A stretch of DNA of 64,000 bases, taken from assembly GCA_965213625.1 (NCBI GenBank), contig CBDBZU010000004.1:1344001-1408000 (forward strand). Reading direction: 5' to 3'. The stretch is from a bacterium (GTDB lineage: Bacteria; UBA8248). The position numbers were made by a program, and so were the translations under genes. Below are positions 17,631 to 27,614 of this stretch, piece by piece (position 1 is the stretch's first letter; every line of letters begins with the position of its first letter). The notes beneath the pieces were generated by a model, which had not been told where the DNA came from, did no database searches, and worked only from the letters and a program-made list of their open reading frames with translations.

Positions 17631-19931
17631 ATGGCGGAAGCCAAAGACATGGGCGGCGCCGTAGTCGGCGGTTCTCTACCCTTTCTGGACGACCCCGAAA
17701 AGGCGGCGGGCGCCGCGGATTATCTCGACGACCTCCAGCTTCCGGGGATGCTGGTCGGCAAGGCGCTTCGCAGCGAACACGCGCACGCCGAGATAGTATC
17801 GGTCGATGCGAGCGAGGCGCTGCGCGTTCCGGGCGTCGTCTCCGTTCTCACGGGAGAGGACCTGCCGAACCATCCCTGCATCACCGCCCATAATAGGGCC
17901 ATGCCCATCATCGCCCGCGACAGGGTGCGCTACATGGGCGAGGTGGTCGCCCTCGTCGCGGCGGAAACGCTCGAGGCGGCCGAGGCGGCGACGCGGCTCA
18001 TCGAGGTCGAATACCGGCCCCTGCCCGTCATCTCCTGTCCGCGCGAGGCGATGAAAGAAGACGTAGAAATCATTTTCCCCGGCGGGAACGTGCTCAACCA
18101 GGCCAAGATACGAAAAGGGGACGTCGAGGAGGGCTTCGAGCAGGCCGACGTGATCATCGAGAACGAATACTCCACACCCTCCATCGATCACCTATATCTC
18201 GAAGTGGAGGCGGCTTGCGCGAGTCCGAACCCCGGCGGCGGAATACAAATCTGGGGCTCGACCCAGCAGCCCTTTCTGGTGAGACAGAATGTCGCCCGCA
18301 TACTGGGCCTCAAGGGCGAGAGTTCGGTTCGTTTCGTCCAGACGACCACCGGCGGAGCTTTCGGCGGAAAGAGTGAAGCGAGTCTCGACGTGTGCCTGCG
18401 CGTAGCAGTCCTTGCCCGCGCCGCCGGCAGGCCCGTAAAGCTCGTGTATTCGCGCGAGGAAAGCATGATTGCCTCAACCAAGCGCCACGCCTCTTTCATC
18501 CGCTCCAAAACCGGGGCGACGAAGGACGGACGCCTGGTGGCCGTCGAGGTGGAAGTATGGCTGGACAAGGGGGCGTATGTGGCAAACGGGGGAGACAACC
18601 CGCCCGCCTTCAAGCGCGCAACCTACCATGCCGCAGGTCCCTACCAGGCGCCCAACGTGAAGGTGGACGTTCATTGCGTGCACACGAATCACCCCTACGG
18701 GGGACAGATGCGCGGGCCGGGATGTCCCCAGGTTCACTTCGCGGGCGAGCAGCAGATGGACGAACTCGCCAGTGTATTGGGAATGGACCCCATCGAGATC
18801 AGGCGTTTGAACGGGTTGCGGGTTGGTACCCGGACGGCCTGGAACCAGCACCTGCCCGAGAGCGTGGGATTTCTCGATACGCTGAAGGAAGTGGAGCAGG
18901 CCTCATCCTGGGGTAGTGCGGGCAATGGGGACCGAAGGGCCGAGGATGGCCGCTTGCGCGGGCGCGGCGTGGCGAGTTGTCTCTACGGGACGGGCAACGC
19001 CTACTCCCCGGCCGAGGCGCACGTCTTCCTCACGGCAGAAGGAAAGGTGCAGGTGGCCGCCGGGGTCGTGGATTTCGGCCAGGGCAGTAAGACGGTGCTT
19101 TGCCAGATCGCCGCCGAAACGCTGGACGTTCCCTATTCGGAGTTCCTGATGGATAGCGTGGATACCGCCATCGACCCGTTCGGCGGCACGAGTTCGAGTT
19201 CGCGCATCACCATGCAGGGCGGCAAGGCGGTCTACAACGCTTCACTCAAGGCGCGGGACGAGTTGCTGCGTTTGGGCGGGATTCTGTTGGAGGCGGACCC
19301 CGAAGACTTGGAATTGCGCGGCGGCGTGGTTCGCTCGCGGTCGCATGAGGAAACGAGTATTACGCTTGCCGAGATAGCTGGAGCTTTCGTCGCCGATGAA
19401 CTCAAGCAGATCGGCGCTGCGGACAGCATTCCGCCGCCCGCCAAGACCGACAAGGAAACCGGCTTGGGCGAGCCGTATGAAATTTACGGGTTCGGCAGCC
19501 AGGTGGCCGAAGTGTTGGTGGACGAAGAGACGGGCGAGGTGGAGGTCACCGGCGTCTGGGCCGCGCACGACGTGGGCCGGGCCATCAGCCCAATGGGCGT
19601 GGAGCAGCAGATCGAGGGTGGCGTCTACATGGGCATCGGTTTTTGCATGATGGAGGAAGTCGTTCAGAGCGAGGGCATGATGCAGAACCCCGACATGCAC
19701 GGCTATCTCGCGCCCACGGTGGAGGACGTACCGGACCGGGTGGCGTCCCTCATCGTGGAGGATGCATATTCGAACGGCCCTTACGGGGCCAAGGGAGTCG
19801 GGGAGCAAGTGACCGTTCCCACGGCGGCGGCCATCGCCAACGCGGTTTATAACGCCACGGGCGTACGGTTCCACGACCTGCCCCTGACGCCGGACAGGGT
19901 CGCCATGGCGCTTTTGAAGAAGAGGTCATGA
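17631..19931 (+). CDS. Xanthine dehydrogenase-family molybdopterin-binding subunit
   Basis: GGAFGGK, MRGPG, GQGSKT, QQIEGG, GAKGVGE, AIANAVYNATG motifs. Confidence 0.9.
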   Translation: MAEAKDMGGAVVGGSLPFLDDPEKAAGAADYLDDLQLPGMLVGKALRSEHAHAEIVSVDASEALRVPGVVSVLTGEDLPNHPCITAHNRAMPIIARDRVRYMGEVVALVAAETLEAAEAATRLIEVEYRPLPVISCPREAMKEDVEIIFPGGNVLNQAKIRKGDVEEGFEQADVIIENEYSTPSIDHLYLEVEAACASPNPGGGIQIWGSTQQPFLVRQNVARILGLKGESSVRFVQTTTGGAFGGKSEASLDVCLRVAVLARAAGRPVKLVYSREESMIASTKRHASFIRSKTGATKDGRLVAVEVEVWLDKGAYVANGGDNPPAFKRATYHAAGPYQAPNVKVDVHCVHTNHPYGGQMRGPGCPQVHFAGEQQMDELASVLGMDPIEIRRLNGLRVGTRTAWNQHLPESVGFLDTLKEVEQASSWGSAGNGDRRAEDGRLRGRGVASCLYGTGNAYSPAEAHVFLTAEGKVQVAAGVVDFGQGSKTVLCQIAAETLDVPYSEFLMDSVDTAIDPFGGTSSSSRITMQGGKAVYNASLKARDELLRLGGILLEADPEDLELRGGVVRSRSHEETSITLAEIAGAFVADELKQIGAADSIPPPAKTDKETGLGEPYEIYGFGSQVAEVLVDEETGEVEVTGVWAAHDVGRAISPMGVEQQIEGGVYMGIGFCMMEEVVQSEGMMQNPDMHGYLAPTVEDVPDRVASLIVEDAYSNGPYGAKGVGEQVTVPTAAAIANAVYNATGVRFHDLPLTPDRVAMALLKKRS

Positions 19932-19971
19932 TTCTTCGCTCCAAAACTACTCCCTCAAGCCTGGTTTTTTC

Positions 19972-20364
19972 TCACTCCCCCCTTGAGGGAACCGTTGAAA
20001 AAATACTGATTCCGTGATTTGTCGAATGGAACCAACTGGGTAGGAGAGTCCGTAGGGACAGGTCGCGACCTTGTCCCTACATTCTTGTTTATCGACCGAG
20101 CAAAGGCATCGTCATTCCGGTGTCGGAGCCGATTGATGAATGAGGGTTCAACGGAATCCATTTGTTTTGCCTTTGTTTTTTATCTGATTGGTTCTCGCCA
20201 ATAATGGGGAGATGAAAAGCCGACGTATTGTCATTCTGCTTTAGAATGGATTCCGGCTTTCACCGGAATTGACCCCTGACAAGGGGGGGTAAGGGGTTGG
20301 TTTTCAAGGCAGGGGGAGGACGAGCAGGGCGGGTTTTTCAACAAGCCCCTCAAGGGGGGAGTGA
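19972..20364. mobile_element. Composite MITE/REP element
   Basis: Terminal IRs TCACTCCCCCCTTGAGGG-AACCGTTGAAAAA and TTTTTCAACAAGC-CCCTCAAGGGGGGAGTGA; internal GTAG palindrome 20052-20080 and GATTCCGGCTTTCACCGGAAT unit. Confidence 0.65.
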
Positions 20365-20458
20365 AATTCAGTGCGCTCCTTCTGTGGGGTTTTTCAAAAA
20401 CCCCGTCTGCTACCCCTACAGTCCCTTCACTTCGCGCGGGTGAGACGAGCGCGCCCCG

Positions 20459-22747
20459 TCACTTCTTCCGGTCGAGAGCCATCAGCAAGGGCGGCAGAAG
20501 CAGGAAGTCGGTGAGGAGCCCAAAGATGATCGTGATCGAAACCATGAGACCGAGTGTCCAACTCCCCTCGTAGCCCGATAACGTGAACATCAGGAAGCCC
20601 GCCGACAAAACCACGGTCGTTGTCCATAGCGCATGTCCTACGGTGCGAAAGACGGCGCCTACGGCCTCGGGCGCGGTAAGGCCCTCGCGGCGGCTCTTCA
20701 GGTATTTGCTCAGAAAATGAATCGTGTCGTCCACGATAATGCCGAAAGCGATTATGGTCATCACGGAGGCTGCTAGACTCACGCGGCTTACCAGATAACC
20801 CCACAGGCCGAAGGTCATGGCGGCGGGAATGAAGTTGGGCACGAGGCTGATGAGGCCCAGGCGCACGTTTTTGAAAACCAGGATCAATATGAGCGAAATG
20901 AGGGTCATGCCGATGAACGTTCCGCGCAGCATGCTTTTCATGTTTCGTTGCGTGAGGTGAGCGAAGATCATGCTGATACCCGATGCTTCGGCTGCGAATT
21001 CGGGTATGTTGGCGCGCAGCCAGGTCTGCGCGCGCAGATCGAGCGCACGTAAGCCTCGAGCCGAGACGCCCTGGACCGTTACAGTCATTCGTGTTGCGGA
21101 TTTCCCGACATCGATGCGGTCGTTGAGGTCGCTGCCGAACGGAAGGGAAAACTCATAAAGCAGCAGATATTGCGCGGAGAGCCTGGAATTCCCAGGCAGG
21201 CGATAAAAGGCCGGGTCGTCGCCATGCATGTTCTTGTTCAAGCGCTTCATGATATTCGTGAACGCCCGGACGTGGGTGACTTCGGGCTGTTTTCGGTACC
21301 AATCGGCGAAGGCCTCTACTTTTTTCAGGTATCCGGGGTCGGTAATGCCGCCTTCGCGCCCCGCTTTCAACGAGTATTCCAGCGAATTCAAGCCGGTCAG
21401 GTTTTTGATCACGAAATCCGTGTCGCGCCGGAACTGGTAACGATCATCGAACTGCTTCGTCCAATCTTCGCTCAGTTCATTCCGGGGAATACCGGTGAGC
21501 AAAAGGATCGTCAATATGGAGACGAACCAAAACAGGGGCGTGCGGCGCGCGACGACGAAAGCGCCGAAACGATCGAAAAAGCCGGACACTCCGTTGTGGC
21601 GACGAGGCGCGCGCAGCGGCAGGATTGAAAGCAGCGTGGGTAGAAGTGTGATGGAATAGAAAAAAACGGATAAAACCCCGAACGCCACCAGATTGCCCAG
21701 TTCCTGAAAAGGCGGTGAATCTGAGGTGTTCAGGCTCAGGAAACCGATCGCCGTCGTGAGCGAGGTGAGAAACACCGGCCAGATGTTGCTGCGAAGCGAT
21801 TCCATGATCGCCCCGTTTCTGTCCAGACCTTTTCGCATGGCGATAAGAGTGGTCGAGACGATGTGGATTGAATGGGCAACGGCAATCACCATGACGATGA
21901 TCGGGAGGCCGGCGGTGATGGGGCTGAACACCAGGCCTACCCACCCTGTGAATCCCATGGTGGTGTTGATGGAGAATATAATAACGAAAACGATAGCCAG
22001 GGTGCCGAGCAGCGAGCGCAGTAGAAGGGCCGTACCGATGATGACGACGAAAAACGCGATAAGCCCGATGTTCTCCATCGTACTCGCGGTGGCGTCGGCG
22101 ACGGTGCGGTTCAAAACGACGTTGCCGGTCAGGTAGTACGTGATATCGGGATGGCTCGTGCGGGCCTTGCTCAGAACGGCGTTCAGATAATCGGTTATCT
22201 CGACTACCACATTTTCTTGTTTTTCAGGCAAGACGAAAGTGATCACCAGCCCGCCCACGCGTCCACCCTGAGAGACCAGACGACCGGAAAGATCGGCCGA
22301 ATTCAGCGCGACCTCCCTGATGCGCGCGAGGTCGGTGTCGCTGAGCGCGCTCGCTTCATCGACGAGCGGCTCGACTATCAGATCATCCCCCTCCGCCCGG
22401 CTGTGGTTGTAGTTCGTGAGGGAGTCGACCCGGCTCGAATGCGGCGTCTTCCAGGCGGCTTCGGTCAACTCCTCGATGGCGCCGAGCGCCTCACGTGTGA
22501 ACACCGAGCCCTCGCGAGTCGCAATGGCGATGAGCGCCGTATCGGATTTGGAGTAGGTATCCTGCAAAATGTCGAAAGCAGCGAGTTGGGGATTGTCTTT
22601 GCCCAATAAAATACGGTAGTCATCCGAGACGGTGATGTAGCGGGTTCCCGCCGTCATCAGCAGCATGAGCAGAGAAACCAGCCCGACGATCAGCCAACGG
22701 CGGCGCAGAACAACATCTAGGTAGTGGTCCACATGCAAAAGAGTCAT
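20459..22747 (-). CDS. MMPL/RND family lipid transporter
   Basis: Two-repeat RND architecture; TSLTTAIGFLSL, FGIIVDDTIHF; GAGG RBS before ATG 22747. Confidence 0.9.
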   Translation of the reverse strand: MTLLHVDHYLDVVLRRRWLIVGLVSLLMLLMTAGTRYITVSDDYRILLGKDNPQLAAFDILQDTYSKSDTALIAIATREGSVFTREALGAIEELTEAAWKTPHSSRVDSLTNYNHSRAEGDDLIVEPLVDEASALSDTDLARIREVALNSADLSGRLVSQGGRVGGLVITFVLPEKQENVVVEITDYLNAVLSKARTSHPDITYYLTGNVVLNRTVADATASTMENIGLIAFFVVIIGTALLLRSLLGTLAIVFVIIFSINTTMGFTGWVGLVFSPITAGLPIIVMVIAVAHSIHIVSTTLIAMRKGLDRNGAIMESLRSNIWPVFLTSLTTAIGFLSLNTSDSPPFQELGNLVAFGVLSVFFYSITLLPTLLSILPLRAPRRHNGVSGFFDRFGAFVVARRTPLFWFVSILTILLLTGIPRNELSEDWTKQFDDRYQFRRDTDFVIKNLTGLNSLEYSLKAGREGGITDPGYLKKVEAFADWYRKQPEVTHVRAFTNIMKRLNKNMHGDDPAFYRLPGNSRLSAQYLLLYEFSLPFGSDLNDRIDVGKSATRMTVTVQGVSARGLRALDLRAQTWLRANIPEFAAEASGISMIFAHLTQRNMKSMLRGTFIGMTLISLILILVFKNVRLGLISLVPNFIPAAMTFGLWGYLVSRVSLAASVMTIIAFGIIVDDTIHFLSKYLKSRREGLTAPEAVGAVFRTVGHALWTTTVVLSAGFLMFTLSGYEGSWTLGLMVSITIIFGLLTDFLLLPPLLMALDRKK

Positions 22748-22848
22748 CGCCTCAGTGTGAAAGGTTCGGTACCGCTTCACGGACACCGATTCCAGCGCTA
22801 AGCGTTCATTTCATGGTTATGTAATGCGTGTCTCTGAGCGAACATCGT

Positions 22849-24022
22849 TTACCATTCGCTCTGTTTCGTCGCGCGTACGTGGTCAGGCATCCTGTAGCTG
22901 ATGCCTCCCCTGTCGTACTGCGCAGCGTCGAAAATCTGGGAGAACGCGTCTTCTCGAAAGAGTTTGGTGCCTCTCAACAATTGGAAGAGGCGTTCCCTGA
23001 CCCGGTAGTAGCCCAGCACCAGGGTTCTGCTTCTCAATGTCTTCGGATATTGGTAGGTGTCGGCGAGTTCGTTGCCTATGAGCGCTCGTGAAAGGCGGTA
23101 GGCGTACTTTTCCAGAGATTTTATTTCTGCTTCGCTCGTCAGCCCCGACATTATCGGAATGGCCTTGAATACCGTATTCGCCACGGCCAGACAATCAGAG
23201 TCCGGCGGCGGCTCGCACATGGAGGCGATATTGCGAAGCTCCCTCGCCTCTTGCTCGTTGGTGAAGAGGATGGTTTCGGGAACTCCGAGCAGATAGCCGG
23301 CGTAGCGCCAGATACTGACGATGCTTTCTTTTTCCTCCTGCGTGAGCTTGCCGCCCAGCGCGATTGCGTGTTCGAACTGACGTATGGAAAAAGTGTACAA
23401 GGAAACTCCGCCCAGGTGCGCCGCGCTCAGAGGCGTTCCCCACGCTTCGTGATCCCAGGCGTCGGAATTCGCCATCAGATGCCTGATCCGGGCATGGACG
23501 AAGCGAATGCGCATGGATATCTTCCATCCGTCGCCGTCTCTATCCAGCCCACCGGGATAATAAATTTCGACCATGTGGCGGTTATTCTGCCTGAGGCGTC
23601 TGATGGCTCCGTCATCCAGTCCGGTCACGCGCCCGGTGATGAAGAAAGATTTGGCGACGAGCGTCCCGAAGCCTTCCACCGCGCTGCCGACGGCGTATGC
23701 GATGAGCATGTTGGTCATGTTTTCGAAGAAGGCGCGCATGCCCGGCTTGAAGGCCTCGAAGTCGACCCAGGGAGGCACGTCGGAATCGACTTTCTCGAAG
23801 AAGTCGCGCAAGACTTTCGGAGCTTCGCGCAGAACGCCGTGGTGCTGCTCTATACCGGCCTCGATGAATGCGTGCAGGTCGTAGGCAGGGAGGGAGGATA
23901 TCTCCTCCATCACCCAGTTCGGCATCGCCTATGGTGGTGTGCCGGATGTAGTTGTCTACTGATTCTTGATCGAATTGATGATTGTTCTGATAACCTTCAA
24001 CGTATGCGGATGGTATTTGCAT
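22849..24022 (-). pseudogene. DUF2236/MpaB(Lcp)-like heme oxygenase, apparently frameshifted near 23914
   Basis: PPWVDF, RIRFVHARIR, WGTPL, WRYAGYLLGVP. The N-terminal segment MQIPSAY...HTTIGDAEL (ATG 24022 with RBS) is in a different frame from VMEEISS... Confidence 0.7.
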
Positions 24023-24393
24023 TGCCAAAAGGCCCCCTTCTAAGCCTATGCAGTGCTTACGCGAATCTCCCGGTGAGACGAAGTATGAATTCATCCGTAA
24101 AAGACAAGTCCGTCTATTCATTGGGTCACACCGGAACTAAGCGATGAGTAGACACTATCCAAAAGTAGTCAAAATATCCTCGCAACCTTGATGGCTCCTG
24201 ATAACTATTTGTTTCACCATTCTTTATGATATCAATATAATTACTTTAACATATTATCAAATTCATTTGGCTGCGCAAGAATTTTTTCAGACAACCCCGG
24301 ATGGGTTGCCTGTCCACATTCACCCGCAATCTCCGGCGGAAACAACTCGCAATCTCGAATCACTTGCCTGATGGGCGAGGCTGAATGGCGACG

Positions 24394-26682
24394 TCACTTC
24401 TTCCGGTCGAGAGCCATCAGCAGGGTCGGCAGAAGCAGGAAATCGGCCAGGAGCGCGAATACGAGCGTGATCGCCACCATCAGGCCGAGCGTCCTGCTGC
24501 CGTGGAACCCCGATGTGGCGAACACCAGGAAGCTCAGTGACAATACCGCCGTCGTCGTCCATAGCGCCTGGCCCACAATTCGAAAGGCGGCGCGCACGGC
24601 TCCAGGCGCGGGGATGCCCATCCGGCGGGCTTTTTGATATCGGCTCATAAAGTGAATGGTATCGTCCACGATGATTCCGAACGCGATGGCGGTCATCAAC
24701 GAGCCGGCAAAGTCCACCTGGCCGACCATATAGCCCCACAGGCCGAAGGTCATGGCGGCGGGGAGAAAGTTGGGCACGAGGCTGATGAGCCCCAGCCGAA
24801 CGCTTTTGAAAACCAAGATCAGGAGTAAAGAGATAATCAGCATGGCGATGATCGTGCCGCGCAGCATGCCATGGATGTTTCTAATCGATAGATGCGCGAA
24901 GATCATGGTGATGCCGGATGCCTCGGCCGCGAATTCGGGTATGTTGGCGCGGAGCCAGGCTTTGGCGTGCTCGTCGAGTTCGCGCTGGTCCTTGGAGGAT
25001 CGGTTGCGAACCATGACGCTCATTCGCGTCGTGGATTTGGCGACGTCGATGCGGTCGTTGAGGTCCATGCCGAAGGGAAGCGAGAACTCATACAGCAGAA
25101 GATACTGCGCGGCGAGCTTCGGATCCTCAGGGAGCCGGTAGTAGGCCGGGTCGTCTCCGTGCATGTTCTTGTTCAGACGCTTCATGATGTTCGTAAAAGC
25201 TTGGACGTGGCTCACTTCCGGCTGCTCCCGGTACCAATTGGCGAAGGTCTCGACTTTTTTCAGGTATTCAGGCTCGGTGATGCCGCCTTCGCGCCCCGCC
25301 TTGAGCGCGTATTCCAGGAAATTCATGCTGTTCAGGTTATCAAAGATGAAATCCGAATCGCGGCGGAACCGGTAGCGCTCGTCAAAATAGTGCGCCCATC
25401 TGTCGGTCAACTCGTTGCGTGGAATGCCTGTGATGAGAACAGCCGTCAGAACGGCGACGAAACAGAGCAGAAACACCCGGCGCTTGACCACGAAAGCGCC
25501 GAATCGGACGAAAAAAGGGGATTTGCCGGAGGGGATTCGGCGTGCGCGCAACGGCAGAACCGAAAGTACGGCCGGCAGCAGGGTCATCGAGTAGACGAAG
25601 GCCCACAGAACGCCGAGCGCCACGAGATTTCCCAGAATACGGGCTGGAGGCGAATCGGAGTAGTTCAGGCTCAGGAATCCGATCGCGGTCGTGATCGAAG
25701 TCAGGAACACCGGCCATGCGTTGCTCCGAAGCGATTCGGCAATCGCCGCATCCTTGTCCAACCCATGGTCCATGCCCAGCAGCGTGGTCGTGATGATGTG
25801 GATTGAGTGGGCGACGCATGTCGCCATGACAATGGTCGGTACGCCGGCATTTGTGGGGCTGAACACCGTACCGAGCCAGCCCGCAATCCCCATCGTGTTG
25901 AAGATGACGAACCCGATCACGACGATGATGGAAAACGTGCCGAGAAACGAGCGCAAAAGAAGTGTGCTGATGACGACAATCATGATGAACACGATTGGAG
26001 CCAGGAAGACGAAATCATTGTAAGTCGCCACGGAGAAGGTGCGGTTACTGATCACGTCACCGCTCAGGTAGTAGGCGATTTCCGGGTATCTGGCCCCGGC
26101 TTTCTTCAAGATAGCGTTCAGGTAATCGTTTATAGAGACCACCGCAGCGTCCATGTCGTCGGGCAGAACGAAAGTGACCGCCAGCCCGGCCACATGCCCC
26201 TCCCGGGAGACCAGACGACCGGGCAGATCGCGCGACTCGAGCGCGATTTTCCTGATTCGCGCGAGATCGGCATCGCTCAGCGAGCGCGCATCATCGACGA
26301 GCGGCTCGACGATCAACTCATCTCCCTTCGCCCAGCTATGGGTATAGTTCGTAAGTGAGTCGACCCGTCTGGAATGGGGTGTTCGCCACGCGGCTTCGGT
26401 TAATTCCTCGAGAGCGGCGAGCGCTTCTCGGGTGAACACCGAGCCCCCACGCGGAGCGATGGCGATGAACGCCATGTTGGATGTGGAAAAAATGTTCTCG
26501 AGAGCCTTGAAATCGGCGTACTGTGGATTTTCTTCGCTGAACAAGATGCGGTAGTCGTTCGTGACGCCGATGAAGAGCGCGCCGGTACCCGTGAGCAGCA
26601 TGATCAGCGTGGCGATCGCGATAACCGGCCAACGATAGCGTAGAACGGCGTTGGTATAGCGGTCCAATAGTATGGAAATCAT
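24394..26682 (-). CDS. MMPL/RND family lipid transporter
   Basis: Close paralog of 20459-22747 with identical C-terminus LLMALDRKK; FGIIVDDTIHF. Confidence 0.9.
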   Translation of the reverse strand: MISILLDRYTNAVLRYRWPVIAIATLIMLLTGTGALFIGVTNDYRILFSEENPQYADFKALENIFSTSNMAFIAIAPRGGSVFTREALAALEELTEAAWRTPHSRRVDSLTNYTHSWAKGDELIVEPLVDDARSLSDADLARIRKIALESRDLPGRLVSREGHVAGLAVTFVLPDDMDAAVVSINDYLNAILKKAGARYPEIAYYLSGDVISNRTFSVATYNDFVFLAPIVFIMIVVISTLLLRSFLGTFSIIVVIGFVIFNTMGIAGWLGTVFSPTNAGVPTIVMATCVAHSIHIITTTLLGMDHGLDKDAAIAESLRSNAWPVFLTSITTAIGFLSLNYSDSPPARILGNLVALGVLWAFVYSMTLLPAVLSVLPLRARRIPSGKSPFFVRFGAFVVKRRVFLLCFVAVLTAVLITGIPRNELTDRWAHYFDERYRFRRDSDFIFDNLNSMNFLEYALKAGREGGITEPEYLKKVETFANWYREQPEVSHVQAFTNIMKRLNKNMHGDDPAYYRLPEDPKLAAQYLLLYEFSLPFGMDLNDRIDVAKSTTRMSVMVRNRSSKDQRELDEHAKAWLRANIPEFAAEASGITMIFAHLSIRNIHGMLRGTIIAMLIISLLLILVFKSVRLGLISLVPNFLPAAMTFGLWGYMVGQVDFAGSLMTAIAFGIIVDDTIHFMSRYQKARRMGIPAPGAVRAAFRIVGQALWTTTAVLSLSFLVFATSGFHGSRTLGLMVAITLVFALLADFLLLPTLLMALDRKK

Positions 26683-26902
26683 CGTCTTGGAATTTCCGTA
26701 GAGTATGGCGGCGGGTTCGTCAATTCAGGTCCACGGCGCCCTCGTCAAGACCGGGCTTCCTTCGGATGATGGGGAGAGACGCGGCAAGTGTTCTGCCTCA
26801 TCTCTTTATGTGAAAATCGGGACACCTCTTCATTTGTAGTTTTACTTTCCGTCACAACGACACAAGAATACTATGAATGGATTCTGCTGCGCGAGGGTTT
26901 TT

Positions 26903-27613
26903 TCAGCCGATTCCCAAGTGGGTTTTCCTGACTTCCTCGTTCGCCCACAATTCCTGCGGCAAGGATTCATGGACGACTTTTCCGTTCGCGATGACGCAAA
27001 CCCTGTCCACCGTCTTGACGGCGAAGGCGGCGTTCTGCTCCACGAGTACGACGGCGAGTCCTTCGGCCTTGAGCGACTGTATGGCGTTTCCGATGTCCTG
27101 GATGATCATCGGCGCGAGTCCCTCGGAGGGTTCATCCATGATGAGGCAGCTCGGGTTGGTCATCAGGGCGCGGCCCACGGCCAGCATCTGCTGCTCGCCT
27201 CCCGAGAGGGAACCCGCCCGCTGGTTGGCGCGCTCGCCGAGACGGGGGAAGAGTTCGTAGACTTCCTTGAAATCCCAGCGATAGCCCACGTCGTGCTCCT
27301 GTTGGGCCACCAGCAGGTTTTCGCGCACCGAGAGAGTCGGGAACACGCGCCTGCCCTGCGGGCACAAGCCGATTCCCATCTTGGAGATGTCGAAGCTGTT
27401 TGTGGTGGTGATGTCCTCTCCCCGGAAATGGATGGCGCCTTGCCTTGGCGGCACGAAACCCATGATCGAGTTGATCAGCGTTGTCTTGCCCATGCCGTTT
27501 CTGCCGAGAATGCCCAGCGTCTCCCCCTCATCGACGTGGATGCTCAAGCCCTGCAGGACGTAGGATTCGCCGTAGTAGGTGTGGATATCGTTCACGCTCA
27601 GAAGGGTCGACAC
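26903..27613 (-). CDS. livF: Branched-chain amino acid-type ABC transporter ATP-binding subunit
   Basis: GRNGMGKTT, LSGGEQQMLA, MDEPSEGLAP; GTG start 27613. Confidence 0.85.
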   Translation of the reverse strand: MSTLLSVNDIHTYYGESYVLQGLSIHVDEGETLGILGRNGMGKTTLINSIMGFVPPRQGAIHFRGEDITTTNSFDISKMGIGLCPQGRRVFPTLSVRENLLVAQQEHDVGYRWDFKEVYELFPRLGERANQRAGSLSGGEQQMLAVGRALMTNPSCLIMDEPSEGLAPMIIQDIGNAIQSLKAEGLAVVLVEQNAAFAVKTVDRVCVIANGKVVHESLPQELWANEEVRKTHLGIG

Positions 27614-27614
27614 G

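Noticed and set aside
362-26682. De novo sterol or hopanoid biosynthesis cluster
   Set aside because: No cyclase (QW repeats, DCTAE/DXDD), squalene synthase or epoxidase in the window; these could lie elsewhere in the genome
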